Shown in pieces: positions 28,701 through 37,770 of a stretch of 64,000 nt of DNA; position 1 is the stretch's first letter; each line of letters opens with the position of its first letter. This DNA is from Candidatus Magasanikbacteria bacterium RIFOXYC2_FULL_42_28. GTDB lineage: Bacteria > Patescibacteriota > Patescibacteriia > Magasanikbacterales > GWA2-37-8. Under the pieces are notes generated by a model, which ran no database searches, was not told the origin of the DNA, and saw nothing but the letters and a program-made list of their open reading frames with translations. The translations under genes were made by a program, and so were the position numbers. The stretch covers positions 220,742-284,741 of the forward strand of contig MFQZ01000001.1 of NCBI GenBank assembly GCA_001784435.1, in the 5' to 3' direction.

Positions 28701-31700
28701 CTAAAACCTTACCGGAAATAGTGTAATCGGCTTTTTTCATTGTCAAAACAAAATTGCTGGTTTTATCCTGACCGTCAACATAAATTTTATTCAATTCTCC
28801 CACCGCTCGTAATTCTATATTTTTCATAACTTCCGGCATACCATCTTTATGCGCCCCAATTTCATAACTGCCATAATCAGTAACATTCAAACTAAATGTA
28901 CCAGAAGCGTTGGTTTGAGTAAATACCGGCTGGCTAAAACCTTGGCGATGTAAAAACACTTCCACATTCGCCAAACCATTACCGGCGACATCTTTTACCG
29001 TGCCGGATATGGTTTTGTTAGCCGCAGCAAAAGTAAATGTTACCGTGCCATTGGAATAAGATACTCCGGGTGGCGCGAATTGATTGCCCAGTGCTATTAC
29101 CGGCGTAGTCGCAATATTACTGACACTCAAATTAACCGATGGTGGTGGCATTACTCCCAAACTGGCCGGCTTACCGCCGGACGCGCTTTTAGACATCCCC
29201 GGACCCATCCCAACAAACCAGTATCCATCAGAATTTAATTTTACTTGATAACCGGCCGACAGCGAAGTAGTAACATTGGTTAAATTTTTCACCACAAATT
29301 TACCAGGGCCACCGGCAAAAATATCAATATCCTTGCCACCAAAATTATATGGGTCGCCGCTACTGTTTACAAATTTAACAGTCAAAGTGGCGGTAGAACC
29401 ACCGCTGGCCGAAGTTAAATTGATTGTTTTGCTACTTGATTGGCCACCGCTTAAACAAGCCGGCTCGGGCGACATTTGGCCATAATAATCAGTGCTACCC
29501 AAAGTAACATACGGATCAGTGCCTAAGAAATAACAACCATCCGGCAAGCTGGCATAAATAACCGAAGTCGCGCTGGTGCCATCAACTTTGTCAATAATAC
29601 CATCAGCCAAAGTAAGCAATTTATCCATCGGCCCACCCGGACCACCGCCGTGTAAATACACGGTGCCATTGGCGCCGGCCGCTCCACCACCGGCAGTAAC
29701 ATTAACCGTCAAAGTATTGCTACCACCGGCCATAATAAAGTACGGCATTGATGTTTTGGTGGTAACCGCGGCGCCACCGCGCAACACTTTAATACCAACC
29801 GTATAACCACCGGAGGATGGATCTTTTGGAATAGACGGGTTGAGAATTTTTTTCAAATCAACGGAAATCGGATCAGAAGCATTAGGCGAACCGGAAACAG
29901 CCAAAGTGATAGTAACTTTGTTATTAGCGCTATCCACCGCCACACCGGAACCGGTAATTGTGCCGGCCATAAACTGATTAAAATCAGTATAAAATGGCGA
30001 CTGTGTATCTAAGGTCGCATTGGTAATCGTCGTGCCATTGGGGAATGTTAAAACCACCTGATCACCCTCTATCAAAACAACATTTGGCACAAATTTAATT
30101 TGAAACACATTGGAATCGGCGCTGGCTGTCGGATTAAACGGAAACGCCATATCGGCCTGCCCAAACGAAAATTGATCAGCCGTGAAACTACCAAAACCCA
30201 TTGGTTTAAATTCACCACTGCCAATATTACCCTCACCCATAAAACTTTCCGTTGGTGGCCCAAACATCCCCATATCGCCAAATGAGCCAAAAGTGATTTT
30301 ACTGTCTTCTACTTTACCAACAACTGTACGGACGGTCGTAGAAACCGCGTTATCTGATAAATCAGTGGTGGAAGTGGCAATGGTAGTGGTAACGGTTACG
30401 CCCACCGTTAACCCCAAACCGGTAATACTCACCGCATGGCGCATTGGATCATAACTTAACGGCTTATCGGACAAACTAACCGTACTGCCACCGCTCGTAA
30501 TTGTAAAATTATCAGAGTTTAAAACACTGGCCAACCAACGACTATCGGATTGCGAATCCGCCACCATCGGCTCGTTAAACACCAATTCGCAACGGTAATC
30601 ATCACAACGCGCTTCGCGCAATTGCGGAGCGGTGGAATCAGTGCCGCCGGTAGTATATGCATAGGTGGTGGTGGCGAGAGTGTTTCCGGCCAAGTCAGTT
30701 ACACTGGGGCTAAAAGTAATCGTGTAAGCGGTATTAGGCGCCAAGACATTGCTCGGAACCACAGAAATACTATTTTTACCTGGGTCATAAGCAATGCTAA
30801 CACTTACAGCCGTAGAACCGCGCGTCATAGTAACGTTGGAATTGCTCACAGTGCTAAACGCCAACTGTTCGTTAAAACCAAATTCAAAAATTTTATTAGT
30901 CGGCACACCGGTAGAATTATTAGTAAGAGCGGGGTAAATTGTCGGAGCGGTGGAATCGTTGGAACCGGAAACAGTAAATCTGGAACTAAACGCTGTTTGC
31001 GCCGCCTGTTCCCCGGTGCGCATCGGCACATTACTAATGTTGCTAGCCGCGCCTAAAACACGCACTTCATATTCACCGGCTGATAAAGCGCTATGACTCA
31101 CAGTAACAAAACGTTTTTCGTTGGAATCCAGTGACGCGGTCGTGCCGGCCACAAGCGAACCGCCGACCGTATATAATTTTACCGAACTGGTTACGCTCGC
31201 ACTCATCGCGTCGTTAAACTCCACTAAAACCGGAATATTGGGAGCGGCAGTTATCCCGGGAGACGGAGCAACCGAACGAACATACGGAGGCATATATTGG
31301 CCACCGGTGCCGAACTGTCCGGATATTTGGCTAAAATCAACAAACTGGTCGCCAATAGTGGTAAAAGTTATTTTGTGCCCGCCACCGGAACGATTACCTT
31401 CTACCGCTTGTCCGCCTTGGCTTTTTACTTTTTCGGTAATTACGAGAGTATATTGAGTGCTGGTTGATAAATCAGCGGTTGGGTTAAACAGAATCACGTT
31501 GGTGTCCATACTAAACAACAGCTCACACCCCGCGGCCTGATTATTAGAACAATAAGTTACCGAACCGGCCACATTTTCACCGGTGGCGGTTTTTACTAAA
31601 TAAACATTACTGCTGGTAGCCGAGCTTACTGTTGTAATTGAAGTGGCATCCATTGGCTGATTAAAACCGGCCCGCAACGATTCGGAAATATTAAATCCTT

Positions 31701-33948
31701 GCATGCCATCCGGCGGACCGGAAAATACCACGCGTGGCGCGCCACCCCCATCCATACCGCCACCATCAAAAAAACCAAAGGATCCAAAATTCAAATACAT
31801 GTTAACCCCGGTTTTGTTGCTGGTGCCGATAGTTTCCAATTTACTTGCTTTACCATAACCAACTTTGGTGGCGGAAAAATCAAAACCACTATTGTTCGGC
31901 AAACTGCCAATACTGTAATCGCCACTACCATCGGTAGTTACACCCGCTCCACCAAAACCGGCGGCAAATACAAACGCGTCCGATAAATTGCCCTCTTGAT
32001 TGGTAATTTTCCCGGAAACAGTTCTGCCCCCGGCCGTAACGGTATTAATCACAAACGGACTGGCTTTACAAGTGGAAGTGACGGAAGCAGTGCCATCGGC
32101 GCAAATAAATCTTTTATTGCCACCGGCATCTTGAGCGATTAAATAATATTCCAAAGTATTACCGGCCGCTGGTACTGAACCCACCGAAATGGTAAAAGAA
32201 TATAATTCACCGGCATCGGCAACGGCAACAGCATCTACACTGGCCTCGCTCGCGGAAACATCAGTGCCGTAAAACGCTTTAAAAAATTCCGCTCCGCCAT
32301 CCCCGGTATTGCCAAAGGCAACGGAATTAGTCTGGTCGTCAAAAACAAAAGCATACAGAGTGGCGGTTGCCGCTTCGGTAGCCGTATGAACCGAAATATG
32401 ATCAACTTGCGGGGCGTTAATATCCGGAACAACATCAAAAGATTCGGCATAAGACACCGCGCTGGAAGATGCGATTGATGAGGCAGTGGCGGAAGTAAAC
32501 ACCCAAGCCACATAACTAGAACTGGTGGCATAATTTTGTCGACAACTATCAACATTAGGAAAATTCGGCAAAGTAAAGGTGGCCATGCCTAAAAATTGAT
32601 TAAAAAAACCACGGGGCTCGGGGGCAATATCACCACATCCATTGGTGGTAACATTGCTGGCGGTTAATTGCACACCGCTCGTGGTAATATATATATGAGT
32701 AGATTGATAACCGGCCGGCGCGCTGGAAGTCGGTGTCCAAGTTACTGTAAAATCCCGGCCATCCAAACCATAACCGGCGGCATTGCCCAAAGTGCTGGTA
32801 GAATCGTTATCAGCCAAAACTACATTGGAAACAGCAGCCGGGGTATCACCAACATCCTCTTCAACTGTAGAAGTGGTTAAAGACAGTGTCGTAGTGGCAG
32901 AAAATTTCTCCACGACATAGCTGCTAATTGGCGCGTTTAAAGTATCTAAAGTGCCGGCGCTAACTTCAAACAATAAATCCGCGACTTGACTTTGAATGCC
33001 GGAGGCATTAGTAATACCGGTAAAAGTAAAAGTTAAAGGCGTGCCAGTGGCGATGGTGGAAGTGATATAACCGTAAATTGTTAGGTTTGAACCCAAAATA
33101 TCACCGGCGAAACCGTTATTATTTGCTTTTTTAATATTCAAATTATCAATAATTATCGATTTGGAAGCATCGCCAACAATACCCCAGTTAGGAGTAATCT
33201 CGCCCCCAATAGTGCTGGTAACTGATACCAAAAATGTTTCCCAAGCGGTGGTGGACACGTTGGCAAACTGATAAAAATTGGCCAAACCGGGCATACCACC
33301 GGTATCCTCGAATGTGCTACTGACAAAATTCCACCAAACGTTCGTGCCAACGATCGAAAAACCAAAATATAAATTGGAACTATCCGTGAGAGCGCGAGCT
33401 GTAGCTGAATAGCTATAAACTGAACTGGTAACAACCGTTATGGCTTGAGACATAAAAACCAAATTACCATCACCATCACTCGTAACAACACTGGCCAAAT
33501 TACCATCATAGGACGTGGTGGTGGGCGTAGTAGTGGACAGTCCTACATAGGCCGACTCCCATTGATCTGGTAATTCTCCGGACCATTCTTCCAAACTTGA
33601 ATTTAAAAGTAAATCAAACGGCGAACGATAAAATGTTGAGACGCTTGACGGTATAGCCGGCAAAACAAACGGGGAAGACGTCCCGACCGCGGCCGGAAAT
33701 TTAAATTTAATTATGTCGTTTTCAACAAGAGCTTCCGTTGTGGTTACGTTAAATATCCAACTGGCGTTAGTTGCTCCGCTTTCCATATTAGACGGAGTTA
33801 AACGGATATTCATATTACCATCCGAACTAACGGCCACTATCGGCGGTAAAATTGCGCTGGCTTTGTTAAAAGAAAAAAACACGCCCATGATTATACCGAC
33901 AACAGCAATCGGCATAAATATTGGCGCGAAGCGACGAAAATTTCCCAT
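25750..33948 (-). CDS. Giant secreted surface protein with Ig-like and carboxypeptidase-regulatory-like repeats and two C-terminal peptidoglycan-binding domains
   Basis: Signal peptide; repeated FN(E/Q/D)PM and TISG-V-D motifs; Ser/Thr/Gly rich; two LK-LGYFTYP--TGYYGAVT--AV--(Y/F)QKAK repeats. Confidence 0.88.
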   Translation of the reverse strand: MGNFRRFAPIFMPIAVVGIIMGVFFSFNKASAILPPIVAVSSDGNMNIRLTPSNMESGATNASWIFNVTTTEALVENDIIKFKFPAAVGTSSPFVLPAIPSSVSTFYRSPFDLLLNSSLEEWSGELPDQWESAYVGLSTTTPTTTSYDGNLASVVTSDGDGNLVFMSQAITVVTSSVYSYSATARALTDSSNLYFGFSIVGTNVWWNFVSSTFEDTGGMPGLANFYQFANVSTTAWETFLVSVTSTIGGEITPNWGIVGDASKSIIIDNLNIKKANNNGFAGDILGSNLTIYGYITSTIATGTPLTFTFTGITNASGIQSQVADLLFEVSAGTLDTLNAPISSYVVEKFSATTTLSLTTSTVEEDVGDTPAAVSNVVLADNDSTSTLGNAAGYGLDGRDFTVTWTPTSSAPAGYQSTHIYITTSGVQLTASNVTTNGCGDIAPEPRGFFNQFLGMATFTLPNFPNVDSCRQNYATSSSYVAWVFTSATASSIASSSAVSYAESFDVVPDINAPQVDHISVHTATEAATATLYAFVFDDQTNSVAFGNTGDGGAEFFKAFYGTDVSASEASVDAVAVADAGELYSFTISVGSVPAAGNTLEYYLIAQDAGGNKRFICADGTASVTSTCKASPFVINTVTAGGRTVSGKITNQEGNLSDAFVFAAGFGGAGVTTDGSGDYSIGSLPNNSGFDFSATKVGYGKASKLETIGTSNKTGVNMYLNFGSFGFFDGGGMDGGGAPRVVFSGPPDGMQGFNISESLRAGFNQPMDATSITTVSSATSSNVYLVKTATGENVAGSVTYCSNNQAAGCELLFSMDTNVILFNPTADLSTSTQYTLVITEKVKSQGGQAVEGNRSGGGHKITFTTIGDQFVDFSQISGQFGTGGQYMPPYVRSVAPSPGITAAPNIPVLVEFNDAMSASVTSSVKLYTVGGSLVAGTTASLDSNEKRFVTVSHSALSAGEYEVRVLGAASNISNVPMRTGEQAAQTAFSSRFTVSGSNDSTAPTIYPALTNNSTGVPTNKIFEFGFNEQLAFSTVSNSNVTMTRGSTAVSVSIAYDPGKNSISVVPSNVLAPNTAYTITFSPSVTDLAGNTLATTTYAYTTGGTDSTAPQLREARCDDYRCELVFNEPMVADSQSDSRWLASVLNSDNFTITSGGSTVSLSDKPLSYDPMRHAVSITGLGLTVGVTVTTTIATSTTDLSDNAVSTTVRTVVGKVEDSKITFGSFGDMGMFGPPTESFMGEGNIGSGEFKPMGFGSFTADQFSFGQADMAFPFNPTASADSNVFQIKFVPNVVLIEGDQVVLTFPNGTTITNATLDTQSPFYTDFNQFMAGTITGSGVAVDSANNKVTITLAVSGSPNASDPISVDLKKILNPSIPKDPSSGGYTVGIKVLRGGAAVTTKTSMPYFIMAGGSNTLTVNVTAGGGAAGANGTVYLHGGGPGGPMDKLLTLADGIIDKVDGTSATSVIYASLPDGCYFLGTDPYVTLGSTDYYGQMSPEPACLSGGQSSSKTINLTSASGGSTATLTVKFVNSSGDPYNFGGKDIDIFAGGPGKFVVKNLTNVTTSLSAGYQVKLNSDGYWFVGMGPGMSKSASGGKPASLGVMPPPSVNLSVSNIATTPVIALGNQFAPPGVSYSNGTVTFTFAAANKTISGTVKDVAGNGLANVEVFLHRQGFSQPVFTQTNASGTFSLNVTDYGSYEIGAHKDGMPEVMKNIELRAVGELNKIYVDGQDKTSNFVLTMKKADYTISGKVLDGNNSAIGYAPISAVSASGTSVFGMTSSDGSYTLFVDNGTWTVRAQLPPSKSDTCGSFSKSVTVSGANQSSQNITPSVSTCYTLSGNVADIANAPIFIEEWDADNNRPAPAGIRVGGSTDSAGDYSVKVGAGTYRVGSWSSTYGELSDTVTVAANTTKNLTVSNGSVIFTFTGGAADMDAFIELKNNADKNKKIAKQINGLDSATTISVPNDSATYTYFADVFGIGKFTGTILNFLEGEAEVAINLSGATLLTVTGTVYDDSGNAKSGALITFTNASSTITATTDSNGQYSAQLKAGDYSVSDSLAGYLPTKDTSVEFATSTAGYDFGTSEGGTDNDGQAALTSAPYTISGTVSSSAGVAMDEGYVWATNASGTVVTAPVNADGSYSLAVATGTWTLKGVGESHTETTNSGGAVIVSGGDEIASFVLTADASNVATSTSGILTASAGGSVNDSSGTGLKLTAGAGVLETGSGDVTLNFEKSYNAPDTANYQALGNANFSINATGDSSIKTLSGNAEIQIDYASLLADLPEGVSESDLKLAYYSPEKGDYVPVEGGFTIDTANNTITGLTSHFTDFVITYTQGSAGITVTQSDEVTAVTEGGTTDTVSYVLTSEPTANVVITPSIASQATRSPSSLTFTSGNYATPQSIIVTATDDSTVEGSHSTTITHAVTSDDSDYNGLVINDITVAITDNDSASSGGGGGSSDTTPPTNTSVVIADGATSIATTSVNLALAATGASHMMVANDSAFAGGVWTTYSTTKAWVLAVGDGVKTVYAKFRDDSGNVSNAVSDTITLISPVTTTPPPVVVSTTTQPVAVVVTPAVTIIRCKGNLNPGARGNAVKDLQAHLKELGYFTYPSNTGYYGAVTAKAVSAYQKAKGLPINGKLNTATCEKLNGSAPIVTTPAPVVSSGYKFTKYLGMGATGEEVKQLQQVLKDLGYFTYPTITGYYGAVTKAAVVKFQKAKDLKPYPGHLGPATRAALNAR

Positions 33949-34045
33949 ATGTTTATAGGTTAATAAATTTTAATAAAAATTTTTGATGAATGATTTTTCA
34001 TCTTATTTATATTATACCACATTTTTTATTGTCAAGCGAGGGGGA

Positions 34046-34054
34046 TGTGGATAA
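34046..34054 (-). promoter_or_regulatory. DnaA box
   Basis: TGTGGATAA (reverse complement of TTATCCACA), just upstream of a TTGACA on the minus strand. Confidence 0.5.
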
Positions 34055-34066
34055 TTGCAAATAACC

Positions 34067-34152
34067 GAAGACTAAAGAATGAAGATTAAAAAAGCCACCC
34101 AATTACGGATGGCTTCAATCGCTAATCTTTAGTCTTCGATCTTTATTCTTTC
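34067..34152. repeat. Family B (AATCTTC-type) inverted heptamer arms around a terminator-like hairpin after tsf
   Basis: GAAGACT AAAGAAT GAAGATT ... AAGCCA/TGGCTT ... AATCTTT AGTCTTC GATCTTT ATTCTTT. Confidence 0.8.
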
Positions 34153-34158
34153 ACCAAT

Positions 34159-35022
34159 TTAAGCCATCTGCTCTGCCACCTCGGCCGCAAAGTCCTTCAC
34201 CACCTTTTCAATCCCCTCACCCAATTCAAATCGATAAAAAGTTTTTACCGTTATGCCTGGGCCCTTGGAATCTAAGAATTTCTGGACGGATTTTTCTTCG
34301 TCTTTGATAAATGGTTGTTCCAACAAACACGCCTCGCTGTAAAATTTTTCCATTTTACCTTTCACAATATTTTCAATAATATTTTCCGGTTTGTTTTGGG
34401 CTTTTAATTGCACAACGTAAACTTCTTTTTCTTTTTCTAGAATACTCGCGTCAACTTCATCGCGACGAGTAGCGCGCGGATTACTGGCGGCAACTTGCAT
34501 GCCGATTTCACGAGCTAACGCACTGTCGGTAGTGCCAGTCAAAATTGTCAACACGGAAATTTTTCCACCCATGTGGACGTAATCACCAAACGCTTCGCCA
34601 TCAGATTTTTCAACAACTTGAAAACGGCGTAAAGCAATTTTTTCGCCGATTTTACCGGTCAAAGCGGTTAATTTGTCGTTAATTCCAGAAGCGAGTGCCA
34701 CGTCTAAATTTGCTGGATTTTTTGCGAGCAAATCAGTCGCTACTTCGTCAGCCAATTTAACAAAATCATCACCTTGAGCAACGAAATCAGTTTCAGAATT
34801 TAATTCCAGAATAACCGCGCGATTGCCGGCAATTTTAATTTTGGTCGCGCCTTCGGCGGCAATTTTATCTGCGCGTTTGGCGGCCTTAAGAACTCCTTTT
34901 TTACGCAAGATGTCTATGGCTTTTTCAGAATCGCCACCCGCTTCTTCTAAAGCGGCCTTACAATCCATCATACCGGCACCGGTGGAAGTGCGCAAAGCGG
35001 AGATTTGTGATGCTGTGATCAT
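34159..35022 (-). CDS. tsf: Elongation factor Ts
   Basis: TGAGMMDCKAAL and ELNSETDFVA motifs. Confidence 0.98.
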   Translation of the reverse strand: MITASQISALRTSTGAGMMDCKAALEEAGGDSEKAIDILRKKGVLKAAKRADKIAAEGATKIKIAGNRAVILELNSETDFVAQGDDFVKLADEVATDLLAKNPANLDVALASGINDKLTALTGKIGEKIALRRFQVVEKSDGEAFGDYVHMGGKISVLTILTGTTDSALAREIGMQVAASNPRATRRDEVDASILEKEKEVYVVQLKAQNKPENIIENIVKGKMEKFYSEACLLEQPFIKDEEKSVQKFLDSKGPGITVKTFYRFELGEGIEKVVKDFAAEVAEQMA

Positions 35023-35033
35023 ATGTTTAAATT

Positions 35034-35142
35034 TGTCATCCCGATGCGCCCGAGTGTAGCGACAAGTGCCCTTGGGGTGAAAATCGGGATCTCTGTCAGT
35101 TATCCCATTGGATAGGGATCCCGAATCAGGTTCGGGATGACA
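35034..35142. repeat. Family A inverted doublet between rpsB and tsf, with a 33-nt nested insert
   Basis: TGTCATCCCGATG[35047-35079]AAAATCGGGATCTCTGTC...GGGATCCCGAATCAGGTTCGGGATGACA. Confidence 0.92.
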
Positions 35143-35168
35143 GTGAAGTAATTATAAAATTTATTTTT

Positions 35169-36008
35169 TTATACGCTTTCCGCTACCACCACTTTACGTT
35201 CTTTACTTTCATCCTTGGCTACGGGCTTTGTTTTTGACGCCACCGGTTTGCTAACTGGTTTACCGGCAACAGCCACCTTAATCTCCGGTTTAACGGCAGC
35301 CATGACCAACTTATTTTTCTCCCATTCCGCTTTTCCTTCTTTCACCGCTTCGGCCATTAAATTAACGATCAACCTAATACTGTTAACCGCGTCATCATTA
35401 GCCGGAATCGGATAAGCCGCTTTTTCTGGATTAACATTGGTATCACAAATACCGATAATCGGCACATTGGTTTTGGTAGCTTCAACTACCGCGGTTTTAC
35501 CAGCGCGCATGTCGGTGATAAAAATCGCGTCCGGTAATTTGTCCAAATTGGCCAAACCATTTAAGTATTTATCCATCTTGTCCAATTTCTTTTTAAATTC
35601 ACCCTGTTCTTTTTTGATATATTTTTCAATTTCGCCGGTCGCCACTTCTTCTTTCATTTTTAAATATTTTTTTAAACGAATTTTGGCTTCATCAAAATTA
35701 GTCAACAGTCCGCCAATCCAACGTTCGGTTAAAAAGGGCGCGCCACAATCGGTAGCGGCCGCCTTAACTATCGCCTGCGCTTGGCGTTTGGTACCGACAA
35801 ACAAAACTGTTTTACCGTTCGCCACCAAACTTCTAACAAAATCCAAGGCCTCTTGTAATTTAGCCTGGGTCTTTTCTAAATCGACGACGTGCACGCCACC
35901 GCGCGCGCCAAAAATATACTGCTCCATTTTCGGGTGCCAGCGAGATTTTTGATGACCGAAGTGTACCCCGGCTTTCAACATCTCTAAAAGAGAAGGCATT
36001 TTTGCCAT
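35169..36008 (-). CDS. rpsB: 30S ribosomal protein S2
   Basis: AGVHFGH, RWIGGLLTN and PANDD motifs. Confidence 0.98.
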   Translation of the reverse strand: MAKMPSLLEMLKAGVHFGHQKSRWHPKMEQYIFGARGGVHVVDLEKTQAKLQEALDFVRSLVANGKTVLFVGTKRQAQAIVKAAATDCGAPFLTERWIGGLLTNFDEAKIRLKKYLKMKEEVATGEIEKYIKKEQGEFKKKLDKMDKYLNGLANLDKLPDAIFITDMRAGKTAVVEATKTNVPIIGICDTNVNPEKAAYPIPANDDAVNSIRLIVNLMAEAVKEGKAEWEKNKLVMAAVKPEIKVAVAGKPVSKPVASKTKPVAKDESKERKVVVAESV

Positions 36009-36130
36009 ATTTGCATTTTCCTTAAATCCTCCCCGCTTGCGCTCGCGAGTGGTCGCGAGAGGAAAACATCTCCCGACTAAGTCGGGATCCCAAAATAAGG
36101 GAAAACGGGTGGGTGATTAAATATGCGGAC

Positions 36131-36159
36131 AGTATATCTGAAAACGAAACAACTGTCAA
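36131..36159 (-). promoter_or_regulatory. rpsB-tsf promoter
   Basis: Minus strand TTGACA-17-TATACT. Confidence 0.8.
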
Positions 36160-36170
36160 GGGTGCGGGTA

Positions 36171-36199
36171 TTGACATTTTCCCGACTTTGTACTAATAT
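36171..36199 (+). promoter_or_regulatory. rpmE promoter
   Basis: TTGACA-17-TAATAT, divergent from the rpsB promoter. Confidence 0.65.
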
Positions 36200-36234
36200 A
36201 TAGCAATTAACTTAATAAACCAATCTCTTCAACT

Positions 36235-36528
36235 ATGAAAAAGGAAATCCACCCAAAATATTACAACGATTGTAAGGTCACCTGCGCCTGTGGCAATGCT
36301 TTTGTTACTGGCTCAACCATGCCGGAAATTCGCACTGAATTATGCAACAAATGCCATCCTTTTTATACTGGCAAACAGAAGTTCGTTGACACCGCCCGTC
36401 GCGTGGAAAAATTCCAAGAAAAAGCAACCCGCGTGGCCAAAACTGCTGCTGTCCGCAAAGGCAAAAAAGTAAAGAAGGCGACTGCCGCCGCCAAAAAAGC
36501 CAAAAAGGTGGAGAAGGCCGAGGCCTAG
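36235..36528 (+). CDS. rpmE: 50S ribosomal protein L31, Zn-binding type with a Lys/Ala tail
   Basis: [13 protein letters not shown] and [10 protein letters not shown] motifs. Confidence 0.97.
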   Translation: MKKEIHPKYYNDCKVTCACGNAFVTGSTMPEIRTELCNKCHPFYTGKQKFVDTARRVEKFQEKATRVAKTAAVRKGKKVKKATAAAKKAKKVEKAEA

Positions 36529-36538
36529 ATATTAAATT

Positions 36539-36577
36539 AAAAACAGACCGAGAGTATCTTTTTGGTCTGTTTTTTTG
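36539..36577 (+). terminator. Terminator after rpmE
   Basis: AAAAACAGACCGAGAG / TTTTTGGTCTGTTTTTTT. Confidence 0.8.
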
Positions 36578-36588
36578 TATAATAGATG

Positions 36589-36710
36589 AAACCCTAAATT
36601 CTAAACTCTAAATCCTAAACAAACCCAAATATTAAAATTCAAAGTTTAAAACATTTATATTTTGAATTTCGAACTTGTTTAGAGCTTAGTGTTTAGAGTT
36701 TAGAATTTAA
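36589..36710. repeat. Family B inverted heptamer element upstream of prfA
   Basis: CCCTAAA TTCTAAA CTCTAAA TCCTAAA ... TTTAGAG CTTAGTG TTTAGAG TTTAGAA; same layout and size as 13741-13860. Confidence 0.9.
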
Positions 36711-36717
36711 TAATTGT

Positions 36718-37770
36718 ATGTTACCAAAATTTGAAGAAATCAAAAATCGTTTTAGCCAGCTGGAATCTGATTTACAATCCCCGGCCGTTCTTAATGATCC
36801 AAAAAAATTAAAAGAGGTATCACAGGAATATTCCGATTTGAAAGAAACTGCGGATCATGTCAATGAACTGGCGAAGGTGGAAAAAAATCTTACCGATGCC
36901 GAACTCATGCTCACCACCGAAACCGACGAAGAAATGCTCACTATCGCCGCTTCCGAAATTTTGGAATTAAAAGAAAAACAATCCGCCTTGCAAAAAATCT
37001 TAAAAGAGTTGACACACCCACGCGACCCGATGGACAAAAAAAATATTATCGTGGAAATCCGGGCGGCCGCCGGTGGTGACGAGTCGGGATTATTCGCGGC
37101 TGAATTGTATCGCATGTATGCCAAATATGCCGAAAGCAAACATTGGAAAGTTAGCGTGTTGGATTCAAGCGAAAGTGGCATCGGCGGATTTAAAGAAATT
37201 ACTTTTGGGATCAAAGGCCAGAACGCTTACCGCGATTTAAAATATGAAATGGGCGTGCATCGTGTGCAACGAGTGCCAGACACGGAAAAAACCGGACGCA
37301 TCCACACCTCCACTGTCACCGTCGCGGTCTTGCCGGAAATTGAAGAAACCGAATTAAAAATTGAAGCCAAAGATTTGCGCATCGATACTTTTTGCGCCGG
37401 TGGCGCGGGCGGACAAAGTGTGAACACGACTTACTCGGCCGTGCGCATCGTGCACATTCCAACCGGCACAATGGTACAATGCCAAGACGAACGTTCCCAA
37501 ACTGCTAATCGCGAAAAAGCCATGGCAGTTTTGCGCTCCCGTTTATACGAATTAGAACGCGAGAAAAAAGCCAAAGAATACACCGACAAACGCCGTTCCC
37601 AAATTGGCTCGGGCGATCGCAGTGAAAAAATTCGTACTTACAATTTTCCTCAAGACCGAATTTCCGACCACCGCGTCCACCAAAATTGGAACAATATTAG
37701 TACCATTATGAACGGCGATTTAGATCCGATAATCAACGCGCTTCATACCGCTGATTATGCGCAAGAGTAA
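36718..37770 (+). CDS. prfA: Peptide chain release factor 1
   Basis: [11 protein letters not shown] (PxT), GGQ and RTYNFPQ motifs. Confidence 0.97.
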   Translation: MLPKFEEIKNRFSQLESDLQSPAVLNDPKKLKEVSQEYSDLKETADHVNELAKVEKNLTDAELMLTTETDEEMLTIAASEILELKEKQSALQKILKELTHPRDPMDKKNIIVEIRAAAGGDESGLFAAELYRMYAKYAESKHWKVSVLDSSESGIGGFKEITFGIKGQNAYRDLKYEMGVHRVQRVPDTEKTGRIHTSTVTVAVLPEIEETELKIEAKDLRIDTFCAGGAGGQSVNTTYSAVRIVHIPTGTMVQCQDERSQTANREKAMAVLRSRLYELEREKKAKEYTDKRRSQIGSGDRSEKIRTYNFPQDRISDHRVHQNWNNISTIMNGDLDPIINALHTADYAQE

